Positions 53,370 to 64,000 of a DNA stretch of 64,000 nt are shown here, in pieces (position 1 is the first letter of the stretch; the number at the start of each line of letters is the position of its first letter). The notes beneath the pieces are model-generated. The model saw nothing but the letters and a program-made list of their open reading frames with translations, had not been told where the DNA came from and did no database searches. A program made the position numbers and the translations under genes. The DNA comes from Acidobacteriota bacterium (GTDB taxonomy: Bacteria; Acidobacteriota; UBA890; WLXD01): contig CAXWPL010000001.1 in NCBI GenBank assembly GCA_963666215.2, forward strand, positions 576,001 through 640,000, read 5' to 3'.

Positions 53370-53967
53370 ATCCCGGCCGACCGGCAGGAACCTGCCTGTC
53401 GCGAGCCCACTCGATCGGATCAGGCGGCTCAGCGAACGGCGGGCAAGAACAGCGGGCGCACGAAGGGCCCCCCGGCTGAGAGAGTCGCGCCCATTAGACT
53501 CCCGGTCCGGAAGGCCCGTCGCTAGCGGTCGCCGGCCACGAGTCCCATGACTCGCGTTGGGCGAATCCGATTCCAATGTTGTATCGAACGCTCTTCGGGC
53601 CGCCGCTGTGGGCCGGCCTGATGCTGCTCGTCGAACTCGGGCTCACCTTGCGCCCGTCCCGACCTGGCGCCTCGCGGAGCCATCGCCGGAAACGCGTCCT
53701 GCGGCGCGGCTGCTTGCTGAGGCGCTTGCATCAGATAAGACCAGACGCGACCGGCAGAAGCTGTCGTGCAGGAGCAAAGTTAAGTAAAGCTTTGTCAACG
53801 CTCACCGCAGACTCGACGGCTGGGCGATGGAGAGGTTTTGAATGGTTGTGACGTGCCCCCGAGCGGGTACGCTGGACGCGGTCGATAATCCATCCGCTCG
53901 CCGCGGGTTTCCGACCCCAATCGACAACCTTCCCCGCTTGATCTGGAATCCGATTCCTTCAGGAGCC

Positions 53968-56375
53968 ATGCGCGATCTCAAAGAAGCCTTCCAATCGCTC
54001 ATAGCGACCCCGGTCCCGACGCTGGTTATCGTGATCACATTGGCGTTGGCCATCGGTGCCAACACGTCGATCTTCAGCGTGGTCAACGGCGTGTTGTTGC
54101 GGCCGCTCGGATTCGACGACGAGGATTCGCTCGTTGTGCTGTGGGAAACCAACGCGCAGCAGGCTGTCGACAAGTCCGAGACCTCAACCGGGAACTACCG
54201 CGACTGGCGCCGTCAATCGAGCTCGCTCGACGGCCTCCTGGCCATCTATCGCTATCGCGGATTCACGATGACGGGCCTGGAGCGGCCGGCTCGCGTCAAC
54301 AGCATTCAGATCTCGCCCCGCGCCTTCGACGTGCTCGGCGTCCCGCCCATGGCAGGGCGAACACTCGACGACGACGACGAGGTGCCGGGCAACGAGCGCC
54401 TCATCATGCTGACGCACGCCTCCTGGACGCGTCGCTTTGGCGCCGACCCGAGCGTAGTGGGCAACTCCGTTGAGCTCGATGGCGAGGCGTACTCGATCGT
54501 GGGAATCATGCCCGAGGGATTCGTGTTCCCGCCGGGCGACGCGAGCGTCGAGATGTACTCACCTCTGACCATCGCCGAAACGAGCGCGATGGACCGACCC
54601 CACCGCATGTACAACACGGTCGGCCGACTGGCGGCCGGCACAAGCTTGGCAGCGGCGCAAGACGAGCTCGACGCGATCGGCGCCCAGATCGCCGCCGACT
54701 TCCCGCAGTCGAACGAGGGCTGGGGCATCTCGGTGATTCCCATGCGCGCGGAGGTCGTCGGGGAGATCGGCTCCACCCTGTGGGTACTGCTCGGGGCCGT
54801 CTTCGCGGCTCTTCTCATTGCCTGCGCCAACATCGCCAACCTGCTTATCGCCCGGTCCCGTGAGTCGTCGCTCGACTTCACGATCCGAGCGGCACTGGGT
54901 GCGGCACGCTGGAAGCTGGTCCGCCGATCGCTCGCCGACAGCGTCGTGCTGGCCGCGGTTGGCGGCGCGGGCGGATTGCTGCTGGCGCTCTGGGGAATCT
55001 CGTTTCTGCGTACGGTGATTCCGGCATCGGTGCCGCGGAGCGACGAGATTGGCGTCGACGGCACGGTGCTGGCGTTCGCGATTGCCATCACCGCGTTCAC
55101 CAGCTTGGCGTTCGGGCTCATACCCGCCCTGCGCGTGATGACCCCCAACCTGTCCGACGCGCTCAAGGCGGGCGGTAAGCGCTCGCTGCCGGCTCGGTCG
55201 CGTTGGGCGTCGGCGACGCTGGTCGTGGCCGAGGTGGCGCTGGCACTCGCGCTGCTAATTGGCGCCGGCCTGATGGTCCGGAGCTTCACGAGTCTGAGTG
55301 AGACCGACCCTGGGTTCCGCAAGGAAGGCGTGGTGGCAATCTCGCTGCAACTGCCGTCGTCGCGGTACAGCGGCTCCGATGACAATCGTGCGTTCTACAT
55401 GCGACTCGCCGAGCTCGTGTCGCGAATCCCGGACGTTTCCAGCACGGGAGCTGTATCTGATCTGCCCATGAGCGAAGTGGGCTTTGGCTTCGAGATGCCG
55501 TTCTCCGTTGTCGGCCTCGACGCCGAGTCCCCACGGAGCGGCCGCGTGCTGCCTTTCGTGGCGTGATTCCGAGCTACATCAAGACCATGGGCATTCCGCT
55601 TGTTCGCGGACGCCTCCTCGAGCGCCTCGACGGCGACGAAGGGCGTGCGGTTGCAGTCGTCAATCAGGCGCTCGTCGATCGCTACTTCCGCGACCGCGAT
55701 CCGATTGGTGAGATGTTGCAGATGCCGATGGCCGGCGAGCTCGAGATCGTCGGCGTGGTGGGCAATACGCGGCACGGCGGGCTGCAGTCGGAGATCGAGC
55801 CTGAGCTCTACGTGCCCTTCATGCAGATGCCCTTCTCCGACATGCACTTCGTCGTGGCTACCGACGTGGACCTCGGCGCGGTGGCCCGCGCGGTCAGCGG
55901 CCGTATCTCGGAGCTCGACCCCGAGCTGGTGCCAACCTCGGTCACGCGTATCGACGAGATGCTGTGGGAGTCGGTAGCGCAGCCGAGATTCAACACCGCC
56001 CTGCTCGTTGGTCTGGCGATGTGTGCCGGCCTGCTGGCGGCCGTTGGCATTTACGGAATCGTGAGCTACTCCGTGGTTCAACGTACCGGCGAGATTGGCG
56101 TTCGCATGGCGCTCGGTGCGGACCGGCAGGCAACCGTTTCGTTGGTGATCAGACACGCGATGACGCTTGTCGGAATCGGTAGCGTCGTGGGGATCGGGAT
56201 CTCACTGGCCGCAGCCCGATTCCTCGAACAGATGCTGTTCGATGTCGAGCCAACCGACATCGCCACCTACACAATCGTTACGTCTTCGGCGCTCATGGTC
56301 GGACTCTGTGCCGCCGCGCTGCCGGCACGCCGCGCGACTCGGATCGATCCGATCGTCGCGCTCCGAAACGACTAG
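53968..56375 (+). CDS. ADOP-type duplicated ABC permease (MacB/FtsX repeats), frameshift at C-run 55529-55532
   Basis: TLALAIGANTSIFSVVNGVLLRPL, LLIACANIANL, EIGVRMALGA, PARRATRIDP. Confidence 0.88.
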
Positions 56376-56379
56376 GAGC

Positions 56380-56420
56380 TCCCCGGGAAGAACCGGCCTG
56401 GGGATCTTGTTGTTTTGTTG
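56380..56420 (+). terminator. Putative intrinsic terminator
   Basis: TCCCCGGG...CCTGGGGA stem followed by a T-rich tract, just after the permease stop. Confidence 0.45.
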
Positions 56421-56432
56421 AGTGTTTTTCGT

Positions 56433-56488
56433 TTGACCCATAAGAACCTCAGGGGTAATCTCTGCCTCAACCCATAAGAACCTCAGGG
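56433..56488 (+). promoter_or_regulatory. Sigma70-like promoter with two 19-bp direct repeats (putative PadR operators)
   Basis: TTGACC-17 bp-TAATCT (56433-56461); ACCCATAAGAACCTCAGGG at 56436-56454 and 56470-56488. Confidence 0.7.
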
Positions 56489-56528
56489 ATCGGATCGAGG
56501 CTGAAGAGCCTAAGACAGAGAGCCGGAC

Positions 56529-56858
56529 TTGGAGCTGCTACGAGGCACCCTCGACATCCTTCTACTCAAGACGCTGAGCGGCGGCTCGATGCACGGATAC
56601 GCCGTGTCACAGGCAATCCGCCGAGCATCGCAAGACGCGCTGCACGTGGAGGAGGGAGCGCTGTATCCCGCCCTCCGACGACTCGAGAAGAAGGGCTTGC
56701 TGGAGTCCCGCTGGGGAACTTCGGATACGGGCCGACAGGCCAAGTTCTATCGGCTGACCGAGCGCGGACATCAGCGACTGCGGCGCGAGATGGACCGCTG
56801 GGGTGAGTACGTCGACGCGATGGCCGGCGTGCTCTACGGGGCTGGTGACTCCGAATGA
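56529..56858 (+). CDS. PadR-family transcriptional regulator (acidobacterial type)
   Basis: LLRGTLDILLLK, MHGY, EEGALYPAL.RLE..G, WG.S..GR.AKFY.LT. Confidence 0.93.
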   Translation: MELLRGTLDILLLKTLSGGSMHGYAVSQAIRRASQDALHVEEGALYPALRRLEKKGLLESRWGTSDTGRQAKFYRLTERGHQRLRREMDRWGEYVDAMAGVLYGAGDSE

Positions 56859-59560
56859 GCCGTCGAGCGCCACGGACCGCACAGGGCCAGCTAGCCGAGC
56901 CGGCCAGCATGCAGGACGACGTCAAACGAGAGCTCGCCGCCCATCTGCAGATGCGGCAGGCCGACCTCATTGCCGCGGGATTCTCCGCGCAGGAGGCGCG
57001 CCGCGAAGCGCTGCGCTCGTTCGGTGACCTGGATTCGATATCTGACGAGTGCTGTCGCATCACCGACACCAGCGACATCACCGACGCCCGGCGGAGCTTC
57101 GTGGATATGCTCGACTCACTCTGGCAAGACCTCGTCTACGCTGCCCGGCGACTGCGTCACGAGCCGGCGTTCGTTGCCGCGGCGGTGCTCACGCTGGCGG
57201 TCGGAATCGGCGCCAACACCGCCATCTTCAGCGTCGTCGACGCCGTGCTCCTCCGCCCGCTGCCGTACTCCGACCCCGACCGACTCGTGGCCCTGTGGGA
57301 ACGTGCCGAGAACGGCGGCGAGTCGCACGTTTCACCACCGAACTTCGTCGACTGGTACGAGCAGAGCAGTTCCTTCAACGGCATGGCGGCACACCCCACG
57401 TACAGCTTTGGCGGTCGCTCGACCGTTCTTGGCGGCGACTCGCCAGCGCGAATCTACGTCTCCCCGGTTTCGGCAGACTTCTTCTCGGTATTCGGCACCG
57501 AGCCGCTACACGGCCGCGTGTTCGCCAGCGAGGAGCACGTCGAGGGCGGCGGCGCGGTGGCCGTCGTCAGCCACCGGTACTGGCGCACGCATCTCGCCAG
57601 CGAAGCGAAGCTCGATCGGGAGCTGCGCTTCTTCGGCGAGGCCTACGACATCGTGGGTGTCATGCCCCCCGGCTTCGAGTTCCCCGGCGAGACGGACGTT
57701 TGGATTCCCGGCGAGCGCTTCGGCGGCGGCGGCACCCGCAGCGCCCACAACTTCGCTGTCGTGGCTCGGCTGGGCCCCGATGTCACCGTCGAGCAGGCGA
57801 GCTCAGAGTTGAACGCCATTGCCACAACGCTGAAAGCGCTCTACCCAGACGACAACGACGCCGTTGGAGTGAACGTTCGCCCGCTGCACGATCAGGTTGT
57901 CGGGGGCGCCAAGCGTTCGCTTTGGCTTCTGTTCGGAGCCGCAGGGCCTGTTCTCCTGGTTGGTTGCAGCAACCTGGCGAGCGGACTCCTGGCCCGCGCC
58001 GCCAGCCGGGAGCGAGAGATGGCAACGCGCGCCGCCATCGGCGCCGGCCGCCTCCGCGTAGTTCGACAGTTGCTCACGGAGAACCTCCTGCTCGCCCTGC
58101 TCGGCGCGGGTGTTGGGTGGCTCGTTGCAGCAACCCTGCTGCGAACCCTCGTGCTCGCCGGCGCAAGCTCGCTGCCGTCGACCTTCGCACCTCAACTCGA
58201 CTCCAAGGTGTTGACCTTCACGTTGGTGCTCGCGCTCGGAACGACGCTGGCGTTCGGACTCCTTCCGGCCCTCGGCGCGGGGCGCCTCGACCTGACGCAC
58301 GCGTTGCGCTCCGGAGGACGCGGCAGTGCCGGCGCCGGACGCCGCGCGATGTGGCAGCTCCTGGTTGCAACCGAGGTCGCTCTGGCGGTTCTGCTGCTCG
58401 TTGGCTGCGGCCTGTTGCTGCGCAGCTTCGCCGGACTCGTTGCCATTGACACCGGTTTCGAGCCCGACAACGTCCTGACCGTCGACATCGCCCTGCCCGC
58501 CACCGAGTATGCCGACGACGACGCGATCGTCGCCTACTACGACCGCGCGCTCAGAGAGATCGGCGCCTTGCCTGGCGCCACGAGGTCTGGCCTGATCAAC
58601 CACGCTCCCCTGTCGGGCAACACGCTCAACGGCGCCTTCGATTTTGAAGAACGCCCGGGCGAGAACGGCTCCTCCTCGTATCGCGTGGTCAGCGCCGACT
58701 ACTTCCAGGCGTTGGGCATCGAGCTGCTCGATGGGCGCGGTTTTGCGGCCAGCGACGACGCGGCCGCGGCACCAGTCGTAATCGTCAATGAGGAGCTCGC
58801 GAGGCGCTTCTGGCCCGGAGAGAGCGAGAGCGTTATTGGCGAGCGAATCGGCAACCTACGCAACGATTCGTTCGTGTACGGCGACGCCTGGATGACCATC
58901 GTCGGTGTGGTTGGCAACGTACGCCACGCCGATCTCACTCGCCCGCCGGCCCCCGCGGCCTACGTTCACTACCGGCAACGGCCGTTCCGTGCCCGCGGCG
59001 CTACTTTGGTGGTTCAAACCAGCGCAGCGCGAACAGGTCCCGCAGGGCTGGCAGGGCTGGCAGGGCTGGCAGCCACGATCCGCGACCGAATCGAGCAGCT
59101 CAACACCGAGGTGCCTTTCGAGATCAGCAGCATGGAAGCTCGGCTGGCGAGCTCCCTGGCACCCCGACGCTTCGGCCTCGCTCTGGTCGCCCTGTTCGCT
59201 GCCGCGGGTCTGCTCCTCGCCACGGTCGGGATCTACAGCGTGGTGTCCTACACGGTGGCGCAGCGTACACGCGAGATCGGCATCCGAATCGCTCTCGGTG
59301 GCCAGCCGGCACAGCTGCGACGCCTGGTCGTTGCCAACACCTTGGGCGTGGTCGGGGCGGGCGCCGTTGTCGGTATCGGTGCCAGCCTGCTGCTCGGTCG
59401 TGGCATCCAGCGCCTGCTGTTCGACGTCGGTCCCAGCGACCCGATCACCCTGGCGACCGTCACCCTTCTCCTGCTGGTAGTGGCCTCGGCAGCCAGCTAC
59501 GTGCCGGCACGCCGCGGCACACGTGTGGATCCGGTGGCGTCGATGCGGAGCGGTCTCTAG
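56855..59560 (+). CDS. ADOP-type duplicated ABC permease with permease-prefix domain
   Basis: ELAAHL...ARREALRSFG prefix, TLAVGIGANTAIFSVVDAVLLRPLPY, REIGIRIALG, PARRGTRVDP. Confidence 0.92.
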   Translation: MSRRAPRTAQGQLAEPASMQDDVKRELAAHLQMRQADLIAAGFSAQEARREALRSFGDLDSISDECCRITDTSDITDARRSFVDMLDSLWQDLVYAARRLRHEPAFVAAAVLTLAVGIGANTAIFSVVDAVLLRPLPYSDPDRLVALWERAENGGESHVSPPNFVDWYEQSSSFNGMAAHPTYSFGGRSTVLGGDSPARIYVSPVSADFFSVFGTEPLHGRVFASEEHVEGGGAVAVVSHRYWRTHLASEAKLDRELRFFGEAYDIVGVMPPGFEFPGETDVWIPGERFGGGGTRSAHNFAVVARLGPDVTVEQASSELNAIATTLKALYPDDNDAVGVNVRPLHDQVVGGAKRSLWLLFGAAGPVLLVGCSNLASGLLARAASREREMATRAAIGAGRLRVVRQLLTENLLLALLGAGVGWLVAATLLRTLVLAGASSLPSTFAPQLDSKVLTFTLVLALGTTLAFGLLPALGAGRLDLTHALRSGGRGSAGAGRRAMWQLLVATEVALAVLLLVGCGLLLRSFAGLVAIDTGFEPDNVLTVDIALPATEYADDDAIVAYYDRALREIGALPGATRSGLINHAPLSGNTLNGAFDFEERPGENGSSSYRVVSADYFQALGIELLDGRGFAASDDAAAAPVVIVNEELARRFWPGESESVIGERIGNLRNDSFVYGDAWMTIVGVVGNVRHADLTRPPAPAAYVHYRQRPFRARGATLVVQTSAARTGPAGLAGLAGLAATIRDRIEQLNTEVPFEISSMEARLASSLAPRRFGLALVALFAAAGLLLATVGIYSVVSYTVAQRTREIGIRIALGGQPAQLRRLVVANTLGVVGAGAVVGIGASLLLGRGIQRLLFDVGPSDPITLATVTLLLLVVASAASYVPARRGTRVDPVASMRSGL
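59042..59072 (+). repeat. 9-bp tandem repeat (GCAGGGCTG x3), in frame
   Basis: Directly visible; encodes AGLAGLAGLA. Confidence 0.8.
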
Positions 59561-59670
59561 AAGGGGCTCACGAGCGACAGGAGCCCGGACGGGCGAAGCC
59601 TTCGCTTGAACGCAGAACGGGCCCCAGCCGCAGGCTGGAGCCCGAAAATCGTGGCCGACTCCGCGGCGAG

Positions 59671-60513
59671 CTAGTTGTTGGAACGCCGGATCTTCACGCC
59701 GCCGTTGGTGGTAACAGCGCGCACCTTGGGGCCGCCGGAGCCAAGTGCGACGTCGAGGCGCTTGTTGCTCATCCGCTGAACCATTACGGGGAAGTCGAGA
59801 TCGAGTGAGCCGTTCACCGTGCCGGTCTCGAGCTGGGCGTTGTAGCCGTCGGGAACGTTCATCACCAGGCCGCCGTTGGTGGTGCTGGCGTCGAGGCCAG
59901 CGCCGTCCCAGGTGCTTCCCCTCAGGCTCACCGTCAGCCCGCCGTTGCGGGTCTCGCCGACCACGTCACCGCCGAGCGCTTTGAGCGACACGCCACCGTT
60001 CTGGGTTTCGAAGCGGATACGACCGCTGACGTCGGCAATCGAGATGCCGCCGTTGTTGGCTTCGAGGTCGAGATCGTTGCGGTGCGGCACGGAAACGCGG
60101 AATCCAACCCACCACGACTCCTCACGACCGGTGCTCGGACCGCTGGCGGTGATCTCACCTCCAGACATGCTCAACCGCACCGCCGAGGCCAGCTCGCGGG
60201 CGCGCTCGTCGCTTCGAGCCTGTGTCATCACGCGCATGCGGACGAGAATCTCATCGCGATCCCAACCCTCCACACTGATGCCGCCGTTCCTGCCCGCATC
60301 AACACGGATCGCGGTCGGCGCCATCGACGCTTCCCGGACCTCGCAGAATCGCTCGCCGTCGCCCGAGCCGCGGCTCTCCAGGCACCAGCTGTCGTCGGCA
60401 ATCGTTTGCACCTGCTGAGCTGCAGCAGGCGCGGCGCCGACCGCCATCACAATCACCAAGCTCGTCGCGCCCATCGCGCGAAGTCGAGTTCGAATCGTCA
60501 TATCCGTCTCCAT
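59671..60513 (-). CDS. DUF4097 beta-strand-repeat (adhesin-like) protein
   Basis: Signal peptide and repeated T.NGG motifs. Confidence 0.85.
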   Translation of the reverse strand: METDMTIRTRLRAMGATSLVIVMAVGAAPAAAQQVQTIADDSWCLESRGSGDGERFCEVREASMAPTAIRVDAGRNGGISVEGWDRDEILVRMRVMTQARSDERARELASAVRLSMSGGEITASGPSTGREESWWVGFRVSVPHRNDLDLEANNGGISIADVSGRIRFETQNGGVSLKALGGDVVGETRNGGLTVSLRGSTWDGAGLDASTTNGGLVMNVPDGYNAQLETGTVNGSLDLDFPVMVQRMSNKRLDVALGSGGPKVRAVTTNGGVKIRRSNN

Positions 60514-60622
60514 CGACGTTGTCCCGCTGAGCTCAGGCTCGAGCGGGAGTGAAAGCGTCGCAACGGCGGGGAGCGGTTCGCCAACGACGTTGGTGTCGGT
60601 AGGTTTGACGCAGAAAGCCCGG

Positions 60623-61759
60623 TCAGGGTTTGGAGCGCTTGCTCGACGAGCCAGGCCAGACGAGCCAGCCTTTGCGGTAAAAAAACACGAGCGTGATCAG
60701 AGCGACCACCAACATCACGCCGAACACGAACGGATAGCCGAAGTACCAGTTGAGCTCGGGCATATTCCACGGCGAACGTTCGGGATTGAAATTCATGCCG
60801 TAGATACCGGCCACGAACGTCAGCGGGATGAAGATCGTGGCGATCATCGTCAGCGTCTTCATCACGTCGTTCATATGGTTGCTGACCGCCGACATGTAGA
60901 CATCGATGAGGCCTGAGCCCAGCTCGCGGTAGTTCTCCACCAGGTCCATGAGCTGGATGGTGTGGTCGTAGCAGTCGCGCAGGAAGAACTCGGTGCCCTT
61001 CGTGACGAATTTCTCGGAGTCGCGCGACAGCGCCATCAGCATCTCGCGATGCGGCCAGATGGTTCGCCGAATCGCGATCAGGTCGCGCTTGATGGCCTGT
61101 ATCGACCCCAGAGTCGAGCGGCTGGTGTCGCGCAGCGCGACCAGCTCGAGGCGCTCGATACGCTCGCCGTAGTCCTCGAGAACCGGGAAGTAGGTGTCGA
61201 TCACGGCGTCGATCAGCGCATACGTCAGGTAATCGGGTCCGGAGCCCCGAACACGCTCGTGACCTGCACGGATGCGGTGCCGAACAGCCTCGAAGCAGTC
61301 GTCACCGTGCTCTTCGAACGTCAGCACGTATCCCGTGCCCAGGAAGAGGGCGATCTGCTTGGTGTCTAGCACGTCGCCCGTAAGCAGGACCGGGGTGCGA
61401 ACGACGACGAACACCTCGTCGTTGTACTGCTCGGTCTTGGCGCGCTGATGATGATTCAGAACGTCTTCGAGGGCCAGGTCGTGGAGCTTGAACAGGTCCC
61501 CTACTTGGCGCAGCAAACCCGGGTCGTCGATGCCCTCGACGTTCACCCAGGTCACCGGCGCCTTGCCGAGGTGTTCGGCTACCTGCTCCGCCGTGTCGCA
61601 CACATGTTCCTCGAGGACGTCCGGCCCGTAGCAGATCACGCTCATCTTCGACGGCTTCACCTCTCGACGGATGAAGAGCGTCCCGGGAGCGGTGCCCGGT
61701 GCTACGCCCAGGTAGTGGCGTGGAACGCGCCCTTCGGAGTCGCTGCCGAACATCACCAT
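60623..61759 (-). CDS. corA: Magnesium/cobalt transporter CorA
   Basis: LHDLALED, YGMNF signature, MPEL, two C-terminal TM helices. Confidence 0.95.
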   Translation of the reverse strand: MVMFGSDSEGRVPRHYLGVAPGTAPGTLFIRREVKPSKMSVICYGPDVLEEHVCDTAEQVAEHLGKAPVTWVNVEGIDDPGLLRQVGDLFKLHDLALEDVLNHHQRAKTEQYNDEVFVVVRTPVLLTGDVLDTKQIALFLGTGYVLTFEEHGDDCFEAVRHRIRAGHERVRGSGPDYLTYALIDAVIDTYFPVLEDYGERIERLELVALRDTSRSTLGSIQAIKRDLIAIRRTIWPHREMLMALSRDSEKFVTKGTEFFLRDCYDHTIQLMDLVENYRELGSGLIDVYMSAVSNHMNDVMKTLTMIATIFIPLTFVAGIYGMNFNPERSPWNMPELNWYFGYPFVFGVMLVVALITLVFFYRKGWLVWPGSSSKRSKP

Positions 61760-61924
61760 GGGTGTCCTTGTACTCGGAAACTACGGTTTCGCGTGCGACG
61801 GCCGCACGTAGTCAGGAGACCGTAACTCGCCCTCGACATGGTGAGCGACCCCCTGGGGATTTGACTTTCGAGAGATCGTGGATTTGATTCACGCGATCGC
61901 TGCAAGACAACGACGGAGGTCGCC

Positions 61925-64000
61925 ATGGGACCGGCTCGAATGACCATGACCCGCCATCACATCACACCGAGCTCTCTTCACAGAACGATCGCGCTCGCTG
62001 CGCTCATGACCCTCAGCGCGACCACCTTGACCACGCCGCCGGCACGAGCCACGGCGAACAACGCCACCGCGCCCGGTTCCACGGCGCAGGCGTTCTCGAT
62101 CGACGAGGTTCTGAGCTCGTCCTTCCCCACCAACCTGATCGCCGCCCCGGCGGGCCAGCGCATCGCCTGGATCGGCAACGACCAGGGCCGCCGGAATGTC
62201 TGGGCGGCAGACGGACCCGACTGGAGTCCACGCCGTCTCACCGGCTACGGCGACGACGACGGCATCGAAATGTCGGACTTGGCGTTCACCCCCGACGGCG
62301 AGCGACTCGTATTCCTCCGCGGCGGCGCCCCGAATCGTGGCGGCGAGCTCCCGAACCCCACCAGCGCCATCGACGGACCGTCACGCGCGCTGTGGATCGT
62401 CGAGGCCTCCGCGGGCGCAGCGAGTGGACCGCGGCGGCTCGGCAGTGCAGTGCGCGCCACGATGTCACCCACCGAGCCTCGAATCGTGTGGGCGGACAGC
62501 GGCAGCGCGTGGAGTCTCTGGCTCGGCGATGGGAGCTCCGTCTCTCACGAAGAGCTCTCGGCCGATGCCGAGACGAAGGGGCAGTCGCCGTCGGATTCGA
62601 CCCTGAGCCCGGAGCGGCTCTTCTCGGTCCGTTCCGGCCTCAGCGGCCTGCGCTTCTCGCCCGACGGATCGCGGCTGGCTTTCGTGAGCCCGCGCGACGG
62701 CCGCGCGATTCTGGGCCTCTTCGCGCTCAACGCCAGCGGGCACGACACCGCGGCCGGAGAGCTTCGCTGGCTGACCAACTCGGCCGATCGCGACAGCCGC
62801 CCGCGTTTCTCTCCGGATGGAACCAAGCTCGCGTTCGTGCGCTTTCCGGCGGGCCACGAAGGCTTCGCAATCTGCACGCTCGACATGAGCTCGGGAGTGG
62901 AGCGCGAGCTGTGGCGCTCCTCCAACGACACCAGCGGCGGCTACCCGCGTGCCGTGTCGGGCAGCTACGACCTGATGTACGGCGACGGCCAGCTGGTCTT
63001 CCCCGGCGAATGGACCGGTTGGAATCACCTCTACACCGTGCCCGACAACGCCCAGGCTGGCACCGAGCCGCGCGAGTTAACACCGGGGAACGGCATCGTC
63101 GAGAACGCGACGCTTTCGAGCGACGGCGGCTGGGTTTGGGTAAGCACCAACACGCAGTCGCTCGATACGCGGCAGCTCGGCCGCATCCGCCTCACCGATG
63201 GCCACACCGAGTGGATCGAGTCGGGAGGCGCGATTGGCTGGAACCCGTCGCCCGCACCTGACGACTCGTGGATCGCCTACCTGCGTGCCGACGCGCGAGA
63301 GCCCGCGAGCGTCTACACCCGAGTGCTCGCCGAGGACAGCGGCCGACGCGCCAACGAGTTACCGGCCGCCTTTCCATACGGCGAGCTGGTTGAGCCACAA
63401 GGCGTTGTCTTCCGCGCCGCCGATGGCGTCGAGATTCACGGCCAGCTTTTCCTGCCGCCCGGCGTCAGCGACGAGGCCGACGCCCCTGGCGTGCTGTTCA
63501 TGCACGGCGGCTCGCGCCGGCAGATGTTCACAGGCTGGCACAACCGCGGCTACTACCACGGGGCTTATGGATTCAATCAGTTTCTGGCCTCGAGGGGCTA
63601 CGTGGTGCTTTCGGTGAACTACCGCTCGGGTATCGGCTACGGCGTGGAGTTCCGCGAGCCCGACGATTACGGCTGGAGAGGCGCCTCGGAGTACCAGGAC
63701 ATCATCGCTGCGGGCCGCTACTTGCAGACGCGCGCGGAAGTTGATGCCGATCGGATCGGGCTGTGGGGCGGGTCCTACGGCGGCTACCTGACGGCGATGG
63801 GACTGGCGCGCGACTCCGAGCTCTTCAAGGCCGGTGTCGACCTGCACGGCGTGCACGATTGGTCCGAGCAGCTGCGCTGGTACGGCCGCGGCGAGATCGT
63901 CGCCCCCAGCGAAACCGAGCGAGATCGGATCGCGCAGCTCGCGTTCGCCTCGAGCCCGGTGGCGAGCATCGATACGTGGCGCTCACCCGTGCTCATTGTC
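61925..64000 (+). CDS. S9 family peptidase (partial, runs off window end)
   Basis: Not in the ORF track. ATG 61925 after GGAGG; signal peptide, propeller (FSPDG repeats), HGGSRRQM, VNYRSG.GYG, in-frame GLWGGSYGG at 63758. Confidence 0.9.
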   Translation, partial: MGPARMTMTRHHITPSSLHRTIALAALMTLSATTLTTPPARATANNATAPGSTAQAFSIDEVLSSSFPTNLIAAPAGQRIAWIGNDQGRRNVWAADGPDWSPRRLTGYGDDDGIEMSDLAFTPDGERLVFLRGGAPNRGGELPNPTSAIDGPSRALWIVEASAGAASGPRRLGSAVRATMSPTEPRIVWADSGSAWSLWLGDGSSVSHEELSADAETKGQSPSDSTLSPERLFSVRSGLSGLRFSPDGSRLAFVSPRDGRAILGLFALNASGHDTAAGELRWLTNSADRDSRPRFSPDGTKLAFVRFPAGHEGFAICTLDMSSGVERELWRSSNDTSGGYPRAVSGSYDLMYGDGQLVFPGEWTGWNHLYTVPDNAQAGTEPRELTPGNGIVENATLSSDGGWVWVSTNTQSLDTRQLGRIRLTDGHTEWIESGGAIGWNPSPAPDDSWIAYLRADAREPASVYTRVLAEDSGRRANELPAAFPYGELVEPQGVVFRAADGVEIHGQLFLPPGVSDEADAPGVLFMHGGSRRQMFTGWHNRGYYHGAYGFNQFLASRGYVVLSVNYRSGIGYGVEFREPDDYGWRGASEYQDIIAAGRYLQTRAEVDADRIGLWGGSYGGYLTAMGLARDSELFKAGVDLHGVHDWSEQLRWYGRGEIVAPSETERDRIAQLAFASSPVASIDTWRSPVLIV

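Noticed and set aside
56436-56488. Direct repeats as a mini-CRISPR array
   Set aside because: Only two 19-bp units with a 15-bp spacer, overlapping a promoter, and no cas genes.

Overview
High-GC bacterial chromosomal segment, most likely from an Acidobacteriota genome. This is inferred from two ADOP-type duplicated permeases, an acidobacterial-type PadR, two acidobacterial-type VWA proteins and several S9/M1/M19 peptidases. Housekeeping and accessory genes include an ATP-dependent DNA ligase, lepB, an Fpg/Nei glycosylase, yjjG, sahR-ahcY, dut, corA, a purine/allantoin catabolic cluster (xdh fragment, DUF6986-like enzyme, allB-alc-uraD-uraH), four PQQ-like beta-propeller proteins and two SGNH hydrolases. 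Mobile DNA: (i) a complete IS481-family element (15065-16107; 25-bp TIRs, ACTAGC duplication); (ii) a 129-bp end of the same IS inside allB; (iii) an internally deleted IS1595-family element with two passenger ORFs (50466-51536; 24-bp TIRs, GTCCGTTC duplication) that splits a signal peptide. The most unusual feature is a dense set of about nine deletion scars where recognisable pieces of genes are joined directly, suggesting active genome erosion or chimeric assembly. Several separate frameshifts sit in short homopolymer runs and may be sequencing errors. No rRNA, tRNA or CRISPR array was seen. All family assignments come from motif recognition, not database searches.
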